Origin: Leucoraja erinacea
Lineage: Eukaryota
DNA: 64,000 bases
Assembly (NCBI RefSeq): GCF_028641065.1
Contig: NC_073388.1
Coordinates: 14,012,001 to 14,076,000 of the forward strand
Direction of reading: 5' to 3'
The notes below the pieces were generated by a model. It worked only from the letters and a program-made list of their open reading frames with translations, did not search any database and was not told where the DNA came from. The position numbers and the translations under genes were made by a program. Every line of letters begins with the position of its first letter. The stretch's first letter is position 1. Of the stretch, positions 39,050 to 52,129 are shown one piece after another.

Positions 39050-39680
39050 ATATTACAAGGATGCTGTCAGAGCTTGAGGGAGCAGGCTAGGACTGTATTC
39101 TTTAGAGCATAGGAGTTTGACTTCGAGATGTATAAGAGCATGAGGTGAATAGATAAGGTAGATGCACAGAGTCTTAGACCCAGAGCATTGGAGTCAAGAG
39201 CCTGAGGACATGGGTTTAAGGTGAGAGGAGAAAGATTTAATTGGGTTGAAGGACCTTTTCATGCTGTTTCTCTAAACTAAACTAAAACTTTCTAACCAAT
39301 ATCTCATAAGCATTTCATTAGCTGGAAAGAATGCAGCGAAGATTAACCAGGACATTGCCAGTACTTGAGGGCCTGAGCTATAGGGAAAGTTTGAGCAAGC
39401 TAGGATTACATTCCTTGGAGCCTCGGAGTTTAAGCAGTGATCTTGTAGAAGTGTATAAGATCTTGAGGGAAATAGATAGTCGACGCACAGTCTTTGACCC
39501 GGAGTAAGGGAACCCAGAAGCAGAGGACATAGGTTTAAGGTGAGAGGAGAAAGATTTAATTGGAATCTGAAGGGCAACTTTTTCACTGATTGTGGGTATA
39601 CAGAATGTGCTGCCAGAGGAGGTAGTTGAGAGAGAAAGTATAATAACATTTAAAAGGTAGATGGACAGGAAAGGTTTAGA
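39050..39680 (+). mobile_element. Two degraded CR1 3' fragments
   Basis: Repeated ggtttaaggtgagaggagaaagatttaattgg; CR1 tail motifs. Confidence 0.75.
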
Positions 39681-39745
39681 GGGATAGAGAGAGGGATAGA
39701 GAGAGGGATAGAGAGAGGGAGAGGGATAGAGAGAGGGAGAGAGAG

Positions 39746-39796
<51 letters not shown>

Positions 39797-39847
39797 TAGA
39801 GAGAGAGAGAGGGATAGAGAGAGAGAGAGGGATGAAGAGAGAGAGAG
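39678..39847 (+). repeat. (GA)n/GGGATA compound microsatellite
   Basis: Directly visible; grows out of the CR1 sequence ggtttagagggata. Confidence 0.95.
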
Positions 39848-40280
39848 TGATGACACGCTGCAATAAGTCACTCCCATCAGCACTGCTGAGTTTATTTGAA
39901 GTCACTCAGCCTGAAGTCGGCTTTTTCCTCAGCTTTGCCATGGAATTACTTGGCATCAAATTAGAATCGTGGAGAGCAGCGGTGACTTTAGATCTACTTG
40001 TTGTCGGGGCTGTAGCCTTGTGAATCCGGATGGTGGGATGATCGTGAGGGACGGCAGTAAATCAGGTTGGAATTGGCTGCTGAGTTCTTTCTAAAGCATC
40101 TGTCTGGAGTCACATTCTTCAGACAAAATAGACGCACCGTATTCCCGAATTCGGGAGCTGGATAATTGATTCTTTTCTTTGTTGGCCGTGAGGGATGCGG
40201 GTGGGATGGGATATGTGGCCATGGGGTAATAAGGTGGGAGGAAGGGGCGGATAGGGGTGAGAAATAATCATTTGAGCTGA

Positions 40281-40515
40281 ACACTGAGTACTGGAGTAAT
40301 TCAGAGCGTCAGGCAGCATCTGTGGGGGTGGTGGCAATGGATAGGGACGTTTCAGTTTGGGGGCCCTTCACGCTGAAGCCTTGAGTCTGGAGAAGTGTCC
40401 CGGCCCGAAACGTCACCTGTCCATTCCCTTTGCAGATGCTGCCTGACTCTCTGAGTTCATCCAGCACTTTGTGTTTTGCTCCGAGATTTCAGTACCTGCA
40501 GTTCTTTGTGAGTCT
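40281..40515. mobile_element. Hairpin PLE terminal-repeat insertion
   Basis: Opposite-orientation halves; ATCATTTGA duplicated at the flanks. Confidence 0.65.
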
Positions 40516-40587
40516 GTGATCATTTGATCTATTCATTTCCCACTGGGTCGGGTATCACAGCAGGGTATGGAAACGTACATCACTTTC

Positions 40588-40996
40588 ACAAATGCTTTAA
40601 CTCCCCTTCCCATTCCCACACTGACCTTTCCGTCCTGGTATTTAGCTTGGGCAGCTTATAACCCAGTGGCATGAATATTGATGTTTCTAACTTCAACCTT
40701 TGAATCTCCTCTCCCCACACTATTCGCCGTACTAGTTTCACTGTTGTCCTGTTGATTTTCATTGTCTGTATAACTCGTTACCACGGCCCACAGCCAACAA
40801 TGGCCTGTTTCCTTGACCATCGTTACTTTTTTATATATCTTTCATTAATTTGTTCTATGTATCTCAATATCATCGCCTGTTTCCCTTTCCCCTGACTCTC
40901 GGACTGAAGAAGGATCTTGACCCAAAACGTCACCCATTCCTTTTCTCCAGAGAGGCTGCCTGACCCGCTGAGTTACTCCAGCATTTTGTTTGTCTA
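40588..40996 (+). mobile_element. Penelope-like element 3' end: GIY-YIG C-terminus, 3'UTR and hammerhead-bearing terminal repeat
   Basis: Encodes FNSPSHSHTDLSVL and SLGSL*PSGMNIDVSNF; CTGAAGA at 40904; 11-bp TSD ACATCACTTTC (40577-40587, 40997-41007). Confidence 0.8.
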
Positions 40997-42049
40997 ACAT
41001 CACTTTCTCTCAATGGGCATTTCTTCAAAGCATGTTTGGCAGGCAAAACATAAGCACAGAAACGCAACTGTAATCTGTCCCAAGCTGCTAGACTGCACGA
41101 GCAGGTCTATTCCGCATCTTCTGAAGACCAGATACTGGTTATTAGACAGTAAATAGTAACCCTGTCTTAAGTCTCACCCGGATCTAGACTGTGGTTTGCA
41201 AAAATTGCCGTCGACAAGCCACCGTGCCCAGCCTCTGAAATGAAAATAGAGAAGGTTGGAAATGGGTTGAGTATTAGTCTGCTTCAAACCATTCCAAAAA
41301 AATCAAATACTGCAGATGCTGACATCTGAAAAGGCTGGACATTCTTTAAAGGGCAGCTGGCGTCTGCAAGGGGAAGGGAGGGGGTGAGGCGAGGGAACCA
41401 AGCAACTAAGATAGAACCAATTCAGAAAGAACATCAGTCTGAAGAAGGGACTCGACCCAAAACGTCGCCCTTTCCTTCTCTCCAGAGATGCCGCCTGTCC
41501 CGCTGAGATACTCTCGCATTTTATGTCTACCTTTGAATTAAACCAGCATCTGCTGTTCTTTCCTACAGAAGATAGAAAGAACCCTTCCCTGAAATGCATT
41601 TTTGTCCTGCCCTCTTCCTCCTATTGATGAGGGAATTGGGAAAAGGTATAAAGTTAGTGGAAATTTTCAAGGTCTTGAGTATCATGGCCACGCTCCCAGG
41701 TTTCTCCAGCATTTTTGTCTACCTTATTCTTAAGGGGCGAGCCAGAGAGTTACTGACCATTGTATTTTACTCGTGCTGAAGTTATGGCAGTATTGTGGTC
41801 AAAGATCTTGGGTTATTGTTTCAGTTTAGGTTAATATTGTCATAGGTTAACTTTGTTTTGCACGATATCCAAACAGATCAGATATACTAAATGTAAATAC
41901 TGTCAAGTCAAACTCGAGTATAACAGATAGAGTAAAAGGTAAGGTAGAGAGTGCAGAACATTGTTCTCAGCAATGTAATGGATTTTGGACCTTTTTTGAC
42001 TTGCAACATGGTGCGGGAGCAAGGTGACTCTTTGCATGTAGATTGGTAC

Positions 42050-43690
42050 AGAGTCAGTCTTACAGTGTGGAAACAGGCCCTTTGGCCTAACTTTGACCCA
42101 TACTGACCAGTATGCCCCATCTACACTAGTCCCACCTCCCTGCATTTGGCCCATATCCCTCTAAACCTATCCTATCCATGTACTTGTCCAAATATTTTTT
42201 AAATGTTGTGATAGTACCTGTCTCAAATACCTCCTCTGGCAGCACGTTCTATTTACCTCCCACTCTTGTAGGGGAAAACCCTCCAGTTCCTATTAAATCT
42301 TTCCCTCTCACCTTAAACCTATGTCCTCAGGTTCTTGTCTCACCTACTCTGGGTAAAAGACTCTGTGCGTTTACCTCATCTATTCCTCTCATGACCTTAC
42401 ACATCTCTACAAGATCACCCCTCACCCTCCTGCTCTCCAAGGAATAAAGTCCCAGCCTGACTAACCACTCCCTATAGCTCAGGTCCTGGCAACATCCTTG
42501 TAAATCTTCTCTGCATCCATTCCTGTGTAATAACATCTTTCCTCTGACAGGGTGATCAAAACTGAACACTAGCCTAATTGTGGCCTCATCAATGTCTTGT
42601 ACAATTGTAACATGACCTCCCAACTTCTATACTCAATACTCTGATTTTTAAATGCCAATGTGCTGAAAGCCTTCTTGATTACCATATTTACCTGTGATGC
42701 CACTTTCAAGGAACTATGTACCTGTACTCCGAGATCCCTCTGGTCTACAGCACTCCCCAGAGCCCTGCCATTCACTGTGAAGGTCTTGCCCTGGTTAGAC
42801 TTCCTAAAATGTAACACTTTGCACCTCTCTACATTAATCTCTATCAACCATTCCTCATCCCATTGGCTCAACCGATCAAGATCCTGTAATGTTTGACAAC
42901 CATTTTCACGATCTACAAGACCACCCACTTTAGTGTCACCTGCAAACTTACTAATTATGTGTTGTGCGTTCTCATTCAAATCATTGCTGTAAATGAATGA
43001 ATGAATGAATGCACTTATTGTCATTGCACAATACTGTGCAACGAAATTCCATTGCATCTCCTCAGGTTAAAAAATACAAACACGACAACCATTGACACAT
43101 ATGTACACTTATTAGTAAAATAATAAATAAGTATTTAAAAATAATTTAAAAGAATTTACCGGCATTTCTTGGAATTACATTTTGCTTCCCCAGTGTTCTC
43201 TGTTGGAATTAAGTTCTTTTATCAGACATGGGTAGAAACTATTGTTTAGTCTACCGGTGCGAGCCTTCAGAGACCTGAATTGCTTCCCAGAGGGTAGCAG
43301 AGTGAAAAGGTGGTTGGCAGGGTGGGATGTGTCCTGCTTGATGTTTGTGGCCCAGCGCGAGCATCGGGGCCCTATATATATCATCCAAGGAGGGCAGTTG
43401 ATTGTTTGTAATGCTCTGTGCAGTTTTTATAACTCTCTGCAGCACCCTCCTCTCAGCCACAGTACAGCTAGCAAACCACACCAAAGCAAATGACATACAG
43501 CAATGGGCCCAGCACTGCATCCTGAGGCTCACCACTAGTCACAGGCCTCCTGTTTGGAAAACAACCTTCTATCATTACCTTCTGCTTCCTTCCTTGAAGC
43601 CAGTTTTCTATCCATTTAGCTACCTCTCCTTGGTTCCCATGTCACCTAACCTTCCAGAGCAGCCGACCATGCAGAACCGTTTCAAATGTC
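42050..43690 (-). mobile_element. CR1 LINE RT fragment interrupted by a Rex1-type LINE
   Basis: ORFs 42569-43057 (ISKFAGDTKVGG...KCKVLHF-like...RDLGVQVH) and 42327-42623. Confidence 0.88.
42991..43490 (-). mobile_element. Rex1/Babar-type LINE 3' end
   Basis: LQRVIKTAQSI...LPSLDDIY and DTSHPANHLFTLLPSGKQFRSLKARTGRLNNSFYP; (ATTC)n tail; AAATGA duplicated at the flanks. Confidence 0.8.
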
Positions 43691-44375
43691 TATGAATGAG
43701 TTGCGATAGTCCTTTAGGCAGCTAACACAATAGAGAAACATCTTGGTCCTTGGTAAAATGTTTGTTTCCCCCTCGGGGATTGAGCAATCCCTAACATCAT
43801 TCTGAAGAAGGGTCTCGACCCGAGACGTCACCCACAGATGAGGTCGCGACACGAAACGTCACCCATTCCTTCTACCCACAGATGCTGCCTGAATTACTCC
43901 AGCATTTTGTGTCTATCCTGATATCTCCTAGTCTGGACACATTTGAAATAGAGGACCAATGAATGGAATCCTCCCTGAAGACTAAAGACCTCCTGACCTA
44001 GCACATGGCACATTGCCGTTTAATGACAAGGTTAAGTATATTTAACTTCAAAGCAATAGTTGATTACTAGATTGGATGTGGGCTGATAAAGTTGTTCACA
44101 GGCTTCAGTGGCTCCTGAGCTGTTGGGACTCGAGGAGAATGTTGTTTGGAGGCCAGGTTCACTAAAGGAGATCTGAGGATATAAGGAGGTAAATATGATG
44201 GAGCTTTGCCTGATGATCTTTGTAGACCATACATAGCGTTGATTAAGCATAAGGAACACCGGAGAGTATGTGAATGGGCTAAGTTGCTTAATGATTTGCA
44301 CGTAATCCTTAGAAAGAGTGAGACTGCCTTGTATTTTTATATTTTCTTGTGGAATCTTTATCAGACAAGAGCTGT

Positions 44376-45070
44376 GTGGCATGGTGGTGCAACGGTAGTG
44401 TTACTGCCTTACAGCTCCAGTGACCCGGGTTTCATCCTGACTATGAAGGCTGTCTGTTCGGAGTTTGTACGTTCTCTCTGAAACATCTGGTTTCCTCCCA
44501 CACTCCAAAGACGTACAGGTTTGTAGGCTAATTGGCTTGGTAAAATTGTAAAATGTGTCTAGTGTTAGTATGCAGGGACCACTGGTCGGCACGGTCTAGG
44601 TCCCCACGCTGTATCTCTAAACTAAACTAAAGAGTTATTGTGTTGTAAAAACATAGAGACATAGAAAATAAGGTGCAGGAGGAGGCCATTTGGCCCTTCA
44701 AGCCTGCACCGGCATTCATTGTGATCATCCACAATCGGTAACCCATGCCTGCCTTCTCCCCATATCCCTTTATTCTGCTAGCCCCAAGAGCTCTTTCTAA
44801 CTCTCTTTTAAATTCACCAGTGAATTGGACTCTACTGCCTTCTGTGGCAGAGAATTCCACAAATTCACAACTCTCTGGGTGAAAACTTTTTTTTTTTTTT
44901 TCATCTCAATTTTAAATGGTCTGCCCTTTATTCTTAGACTGTGGCCACTGGTTTTGGAATCCCCCAACATTGGGATCAATTTTCCTGCATCTAGCTTGTC
45001 TAGTCCTTTTTATAATTTTATACACATCTATAAGATCTTCCCTTCATCCTTCTAAATTCCAGTGAATGTA
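44376..45070. mobile_element. HE1 SINE (+, 44376-44630) tail-to-tail with a CR1 3' end (-, 44650-45070)
   Basis: Family motifs as in the other copies. Confidence 0.82.
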
Positions 45071-45634
45071 TACCAAAGAGCTGAGGTAACTCAGTAGGTC
45101 AGGCAGCATCTCTGGAGGAAAAGGATGGGTGACGTTTCAGGCCGGGGCCCCTCTATATATTGTCTATATATCGTGTTGTATCATGTGTTTTAAGATTTGG
45201 ATCATTGTAATCCAAATACATCTTCTCCAAGTTCCTCGGTGTTCACTGCAGCTTTCAGGGTCAAGTTTGGGTTATTCCTGTCCTTGTTAAAGCTTTTAGG
45301 AGCACCTATGCTTATTAATGTGCAAAATAATTTCATAATCTCAGTTTTGGTCTTGGCCGTTCTCCCATCTCTTATTCAGGCTATCAATATATAGCCCAAT
45401 GATAACTTGTGAGAGATTGCTGTCTCTCTCTGACTGGACCCTAACCTCTTTATGCATGTGTCAATGTTCCCAGCACCTCCCAATGGATAAAAGTACATCA
45501 ACAAATCGGTGACTTTGCAGGGAGTCTCTTAAATCAATATGCTATATGGATTTAGTAGAAGTCTATCACTACCCTTGTTGCAGAGCTGCGACATCTTAAC
45601 ATTATATTGATCATTATTTAAGCAGGATAAGAAT

Positions 45635-45945
45635 GTGGCACTGCTGGTAGAGCTGCGACCCCACAGCACCGGAGACAAGGTCACCCACCTGACCTGGGGT
45701 GCAATATCTATGTGGAGTTTTCCCATTCTCCCTCTGACTGCGTGGGTTTCCTCTGGGTGCTCCGGTTTCCTGCCACATGCCAAAGATGTGCGCGTTTGTG
45801 CGAGTTTAATTGGCCTCTGTGTAATTGCCTCCTGATATGTAGGGGGTGGATGAGATGGTGGAAAAAAAGTCCCAAAGAACTAGTGTGAATGGGTGATCGA
45901 TGGTTGGTGTGGGTTTAATGGCCTGATTCCATGCTGCATCTCATC
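45635..45945 (+). mobile_element. HE1/V-SINE
   Basis: Head and V-domain recognisable. Confidence 0.8.
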
Positions 45946-45947
45946 AT

Positions 45948-47135
45948 CAGGGCTGCCAATTCTCACGCATTGAGCATGAGCCACGCATTTCACAAAATTC
46001 TCAGCCTCTCACGCTGATCACAAATTTCTCACACTCAAAAATCTGCAGGTGCTGAAAGTTCAAAATAAAGCAAAAATTGTTTTAGAGGCGAGTAAAAATC
46101 ACGAGGGGAATATATAAGGTGAATGCATAGTTTTTTCCCAGGATATGTGATTCAAGCACTAGAGGGCATTGGTTTAAAGCAGGGCTGCCAAACTACCAGC
46201 CCGCCGGATGATTTTGGGGGAAAAAATGTAGTTTAGTTTTTCCCGTGCAGATGGTGTGATAGGTTCCAGCACCAACCTCCACCAGCCATAAAACACAATG
46301 ACTGGAGATGAGTGTTTTGCAACTAAGGGCAGAAATCAGAATCATGTGTTCATCTTTATTGACATGACACCATAATAAATATATTACAGAAAAAAAGAAT
46401 TTAATGGGGTGGCATGGTGGCTCAGTGGTAGAGTTACTGCCTTACTACCATATGGGTTTTCTCTGGATATTCCGGTTTCTCCCACATCCGAAAGAAGTGC
46501 AGGTTTGTAGGTTAATTGGCTTCTGTAAATTGTCCCTGGTGTGTAGGATCGAACTGGTGTATGATAGATTGCTGATCAGTGTGGACTTGGTAGCTGAAGA
46601 GCCTTTTCCATATATATATGTTTTACATATATCTTAATTTCATTGAATGATATACGATTGAACATGTGGCATTATTTTCATCTTGTTTCTATAGTCAAAG
46701 GGTAAGGTTGATTGATTTATTTGTGCAGAACAATGATGGAAGTCCGACTCTTGCCTTGTTTCTCTGGGGTTTTTTTTCTCTATGTATAACAGCATGAATT
46801 ATAATCTAATTTCTATACATGAATATAGTCATTCATGTGCTGCACCTATTGATCAGAGCCTGGCTCTACTGTGGAATTTAATTAGGAATGTAATTTAGCC
46901 TAACCTTATTCGTACCTAATCCAATTTAATGCATAAATGTTGCATTCAAGTGCAAGTTAAAAGACTCGTGACAGTATGCACCAGATTGCACAATTTCAAG
47001 CTGAAAAATGTGAAAGCTCCCTACCGAGGGAGGAGGGACACACCCCCCCCCCCCCCCCCACTTATCCACCCCTCGGTATGTTACGCACCCTCGCAATTTC
47101 TCACTCTTAACTCTCACCCAATGTTGGCAGCCCTG
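45948..47135. mobile_element. hAT-like DNA transposon remnants (TIR CAGGGCTGCCAA) with nested inserts
   Basis: CAGGGCTGCCAA at 45948 and 46180; TTGGCAGCCCTG ending 47135; TCTCAC subterminal repeats at both outer ends; HE1 SINE at 46406-46610 inside; no clean 8-bp TSD. Confidence 0.55.
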
Positions 47136-47344
47136 CATAATTGAGAGAAAGCAATGTGAATGGAAGAAGTAAATATATATAAAAGATGTATAAGGGAAGG
47201 AAAAAGGAGTATGGATGAGGAATGTCTATTTGTGGTTATTATTTATTCCTCTATTGTTGAGGACCAAGAGTTGGAAGCATCTATCTGTAATCTAATATGC
47301 GTGTGAAGCATTATTGCTATTTATAGGACTGTAATATTTTGGTC

Positions 47345-48025
47345 CACTCAGTGGAGCAGCTGTCGGAACTGCTGCCTCAATGCCAGAGATCTGAATTCAA
47401 TCCTGACCTTGGGTGCTGTTTGTGTGGCTGTTTGTGTGGAGTTTGCACGTTTTCCCTGTGACTAAGTGGGCTTGCTAATGGAATCAAGGGATATGGATGG
47501 TGAAAGCAGGAATGGGGTACTGATTTTGGATGATATTGAATGTCGGTGCTGGACATTCAATGTGCCGAATGGTCTACTACTGCACCTATTTTCTATGTTT
47601 ATGTTTTTATGTTTCCTCTAGTTGTGTCAGTTTCCGACCTGGTCCCAAAGACACGCGGTTAATTGGCCTCTATAAATCGCCTCTATCGTATAGGGAGTGG
47701 ATAATAATAATCTTATTTATATAGCACATTTTTAGTCAACTTGCATTGACCTAATTTGCATTCGCATAATTACATTACATTTACACACAGGCAAAGGTGG
47801 GTGAAATGTCTTGCCCCAAGGACACAACGACAGATAGTATGCACTCCAAGCGGGATTCGAACCGGCTACCTTCCAGTCGCCAGCCGAACACTTAGCCCAT
47901 TCGCCTCTATTGTGTAGGGAGTGGATGAGAAAGTTGGATAATGCTGAACTAGTGTGAATGGGTGATCGATGGTTGGTGTGGACTCGGTGGGCTGAAGGGC
48001 CTGTTTCTACGCTTTCAGTCAATTC
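47345..48025 (+). mobile_element. HE1 SINE carrying two nested insertions (CR1 tail ~47475-47615; second SINE 47703-47900)
   Basis: SINE segments are collinear across both inserts. Confidence 0.75.
47703..47900 (-). mobile_element. Second tRNA-derived SINE family (CORE-like middle, L2-type tail), 5' truncated
   Basis: B box GGTTCGAATCC, tgtgtccttggggcaagacatttcacc, tgctatataaataag(TAT)n; 26-bp flanking duplication. Confidence 0.75.
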
Positions 48026-48551
48026 AGTTAAATGTTCATTTTAAGATTTGGCGAATATTTCCAATGAGAATGTTTTTGTCCTTATTCTGGCTCCTTTGGA
48101 AGAAGCAGTTTCATTATATACTGTCTGTTGAGGAAAAAATAATCAGACAAGGCCAACCTGAAGCAGTTCAAGATAAAAAGCTGAGGAGAGCGCAAGCCAA
48201 CTTGAGTATTGTGGCCAAAACTTGCAGCCTGCTGTTATGGAAAGTTACAATTTTTACAGACCACACGTGTAGCCAACAATGTTCTGTTGTCCTGAATTGC
48301 CTTGAACCATCCTTTTGATAAAAGTTTGCATCCTTTTATAATCATACATAAACAAATGTGGCTTCCTTTCCCACGACATCTGTTTCTTAAACGTGGAAAT
48401 TGAAACCGAGGGAGGCAGGAAAATAGCATCAGCTTCTGTTTTTGTAACAGTGAGTGAAATATCTTGAAGTTAGCTGGCTATTGTTCACGAATGACAAACC
48501 AACTCAAGGCTCAAGTGCACTGGCTGCCTTCATTGTTCGGATGTTGTTTGA

Positions 48552-49000
48552 AACATAGAAACATAGAAAATGGTGCTGGAGTAGGTCATTCGGCCCTTTG
48601 AGCCAGCACTACCATTCACTATGATCATGGCTGATCATTCAGGTTCAGTACCCCGTTACTGCTTTCTCCCCCATATCCCTTGATTCTGTTAGCCCTAACA
48701 GCTATACCCAACTCTCTCAAATACATCCAATGAATTAGCCTCCACTGCCTTCTGTGGCAGAGAATTCCACAGATTCACAACTCTCCGGGTGAATTTTTTT
48801 TTCCCTCATCTCAGTCCTAAATGGCCTGCCTCTTATTCTTAAACTGTGACCCCTAGTTCTGGACTTCCTGCAACATCGGGAACATTTTTCCTGCATCTAG
48901 CCTGTCCAATCCCTTACAAATTGTGTATGTTTCTCTAAGATCTCCTCTCATCCTTCTAAATTCCAGTGAATATAAGCCCAGTCGATCCATTCTTTCATCA
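48552..49000 (-). mobile_element. CR1 3' end
   Basis: (aaacatag)n tail and CR1 C-terminal sequence. Confidence 0.85.
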
Positions 49001-49369
49001 TATTTCATCATATGCGCACACCAGCAGCATAAACAACGCGATGACTATGTGTTACAGGTTAGAAGACCGTTCACTAATAGGTGACCCAAATTTACAAATT
49101 CAATATTTGTAAATGAGTCCTGAAATAACCCCAAGGACAAAGATTCCACATTGAAATAAAGCATATATTTACTTCAGAGACTGCCCACAAAATATAATAG
49201 ATGGTGATATATTCAGCTGAGACTAAATGCACCCACTATCTAGCAAGACATAATGCAGAAGAACCCTATGGTTCCCCCCCCCCCCCGCCTTAATACTATG
49301 TCTTCTGGTTCGCCATTCCCCTATTCGGGGCAAAACGCCCTTTGCCAAAAGTCGTCTTGTGCATGTTAA

Positions 49370-49595
49370 TGCCCCTGTCCCACTTAGGAAACCTGAACGG
49401 AAACCTCTGGAGACTTTGCGCCCCACCCAAGGTTCCCGTGCGGTTCCCGGAGGTTTTTGTCAGTCTCCCTACCTGCTTCCACTACCTGCAACCTCCGGCA
49501 ACCACCTGCAACCTCCGGGAACCGCACGGAAACCTTGGGTGGGGCGCAAAGTCTCCAGAGGTTTCCGTTCAGGTTTCCTAAGTGGGACAGGGGCA
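49370..49595. mobile_element. MITE family A, best-preserved copy
   Basis: ~80-bp near-perfect TIRs around a ~55-bp spacer. Confidence 0.9.
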
Positions 49596-50421
49596 TTATA
49601 GTCTGACGCAACAATGGTGAATGCACATATTGCATTTTTTTTTAAATTGCTAAGTTGAATCAAGATGCATTCGTAGTGGCTTCATCTCTGGTCGCTTATT
49701 GGGAATTGTATCCTTTTCCATTATTATTTGCCCAGCAACAGTTGAGTGTACTTGTGCAGTGAAGAGAGGGGAGTAATTGGATGAATGACTGCTTTCTTGG
49801 CAGGGTGAGTGAGGTAAGCTGTATGTTTTTCCAAATTCCACACGTAATGCAGTGAATCCCCTTTCCACTGAATCCTTGCCAAGAGAAACGTAGGTTTCCT
49901 TTCATAAAATGCCATCTAGTTGATGCCATTTATTTATGTTAACTGGGTCCTCTGTGGTATGAATGCTTAACTAGTGGGAAAATGTTCTATTTTGGGCTCT
50001 CTCCGTTTTGAGTATCCGGTTATACCTGTCTCCTTAGGAATGTCTTGTGGTTGGAAGGCATTGCAGGATAACGTCCAAACTCCTCTATTTCGTGCGTCAT
50101 TGAGCATAGAAATGAGTCTTTTGGCCCACCACGTCCATGCCAACCATCGAGTATCCATCTGACCCTGCTGCATATTTTAGTTAGTTATAGGGTGGAGATA
50201 GTAAAAATAAATTCAGCTCTAGGAAATAATTATTAGTGCGGGGCATGGCATGGGAGACACATACTAGACTCCAGTTAATGAATAATACAGAATGATTAGA
50301 GAGCCAAGGACTTAGTCCAAATCGGAATTATATCAAAGTCTTGATTTTAATAGTGAGTGTATAGACTGATTGCTTATTTTTCATCAAGAGACTCATTTAC
50401 TGGTTACTTAAAATAAGCCGG

Positions 50422-51120
50422 TCTTTAGACATGACTTCAGAGATACAGGCCCCTTTGGTTGAAGTCCATGCCGACCAACAATCACCCCATATGCTAACAC
50501 TACCCTACACATTAGAGCAAATTGAGACTTTAGAGATACAGCACGGAAACAGGCCCTTCATCCCACTGAGTCCACACTGACCAACAATTACTTGTTCACA
50601 CTAGTTCCATGTTATTTAGTTTTTTCATCCGTTCCGTACATCCTATGGGCAAATTAGACTTTAGAGATACAGCGCGGAAACAACCCCTTCGGCCCACCAA
50701 GTACGTACCGATCAGCGATCACCCCGTGCACTACTCGGGACAATTTACAATTTTATTAAAGCCAATGAACAATACAATACAATACAATATTTATTGTCAT
50801 TTGAACCTCGGTGACGTTCAAACGAAACTCTGTTTCTACAGTCATACAAACAAAAACGATTTCTACTAGACACACAACCAATTTAATTCACACGAACATC
50901 AATCACTGTGAACCTCCTCCTCACTGTGATGGAAGGCAAAGTCTTTTAACCTACAATCCTGTACGTTTTTGGAGTGTGGGAAGAAACCGGTGCACTCGGA
51001 GAAAACCCACGCAGGTGGGAGAATACATAAACTCTGTACAGACAATACTCCTAGTCAAGAACTCCTAGTCAGGAACTCTTAGTCAGGCAGCGACTCTACC
51101 ACTGCGCCACCATGCTGCCC
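50422..51120 (-). mobile_element. HE1 SINE with triplicated 3' tail and an internal LINE-tail insert (~50768-50945)
   Basis: gactt(t/c)agagatacag repeated at ~50433, ~50527 and ~50658; head at ~51120. Confidence 0.75.
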
Positions 51121-52129
51121 GATGTCTAGATTTTAATAGTGAGTGCAGGCTAATTGCTTTTTTTTTTTTTCATGGAGAGTCTCATTTACTAGCTACTTAA
51201 AATAAACCGGACATAATTTTTACTTTAGAAAATGATTAAAGTGTATTCTGAAACATGAGACAAATCCCTTAGTGGAACAAGAATCAGTCCACCAGAGTTT
51301 AATATGAGTTTTTAATCCTAAGTGAGCTCTTGGAGGGAATGTTTCTCAAAGGGGAGAAGTAGGATACAGACAAAGTTGCAAATCAAACATTTGAGTTCTT
51401 CTGATTTGCAATAAAATTGAAAGTAAACAGCTGGAACCATCGTTTCAGAATCGAGGGTTTGTGCTGGTGTGTTTTCATGAATTTGAACTGCCCCCTGCAC
51501 CCTGGTGGTGTCTGAATGTGGCATCAATTTAGGTGAGATGTCTTTGGAAATAAACTTGTTTTGAAACAAACTTGTTCAAATACTGCGGGCATGAAATACT
51601 GCTGGTAAGTCTCTGACTTCCCTTTGATCAATCCTTCTGAATGCTGGTAATTTCTTAAGGGCAGGATGATTCAGTACTGCAGATAGACACAACATGCTGC
51701 AGTAACTTGGTGGGTCAGTCAGCAGCTCTGGAGAAAGAAAAAATGTGACTTTTGGGGTTGAGACTCTTCTGCGACTTGGTCTAATCACATTGGCTCCAGC
51801 TGTAACACCTTGTGATCTTGTTCTCACTGCGCTGGGATCGGTGTGGGCTGAAGCGAAAGAATCGGTTGTAATTGACAATTCAATGTATCCTGGGGGAATG
51901 AAAGCTTGTGGTTGCCCTTCAATGGTTGTGCATTCTGCTGCCAGTCATTAAACCTTGTGCAGGAGGCTGGCTTGGTGCCTTGGAATTGCATCCAACATCT
52001 TCAAAAGAGGAGGAGAAGCTGGGACAATGTTAAACAATACCTCACACAGTGCTGTCTATCTGTTGGTTTTCGTGGTAAATTATCGGCTAGACTGTGGTAT
52101 CTCCACCTGGGATGTATTGAGTTTTCAGT

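Noticed and set aside
39378-39905. 175-aa ORF
   Set aside because: Antisense CR1 plus a (CT)n microsatellite.
39940-39981. Alternative first exon MELLGIKLESWRAA with a good Kozak
   Set aside because: The nearest GT gives phase 0, incompatible with the phase-1 SAM exon, and the donor is weak.
49342-49663. Mirror-image ORFs on both strands
   Set aside because: Produced by the palindromic MITE.
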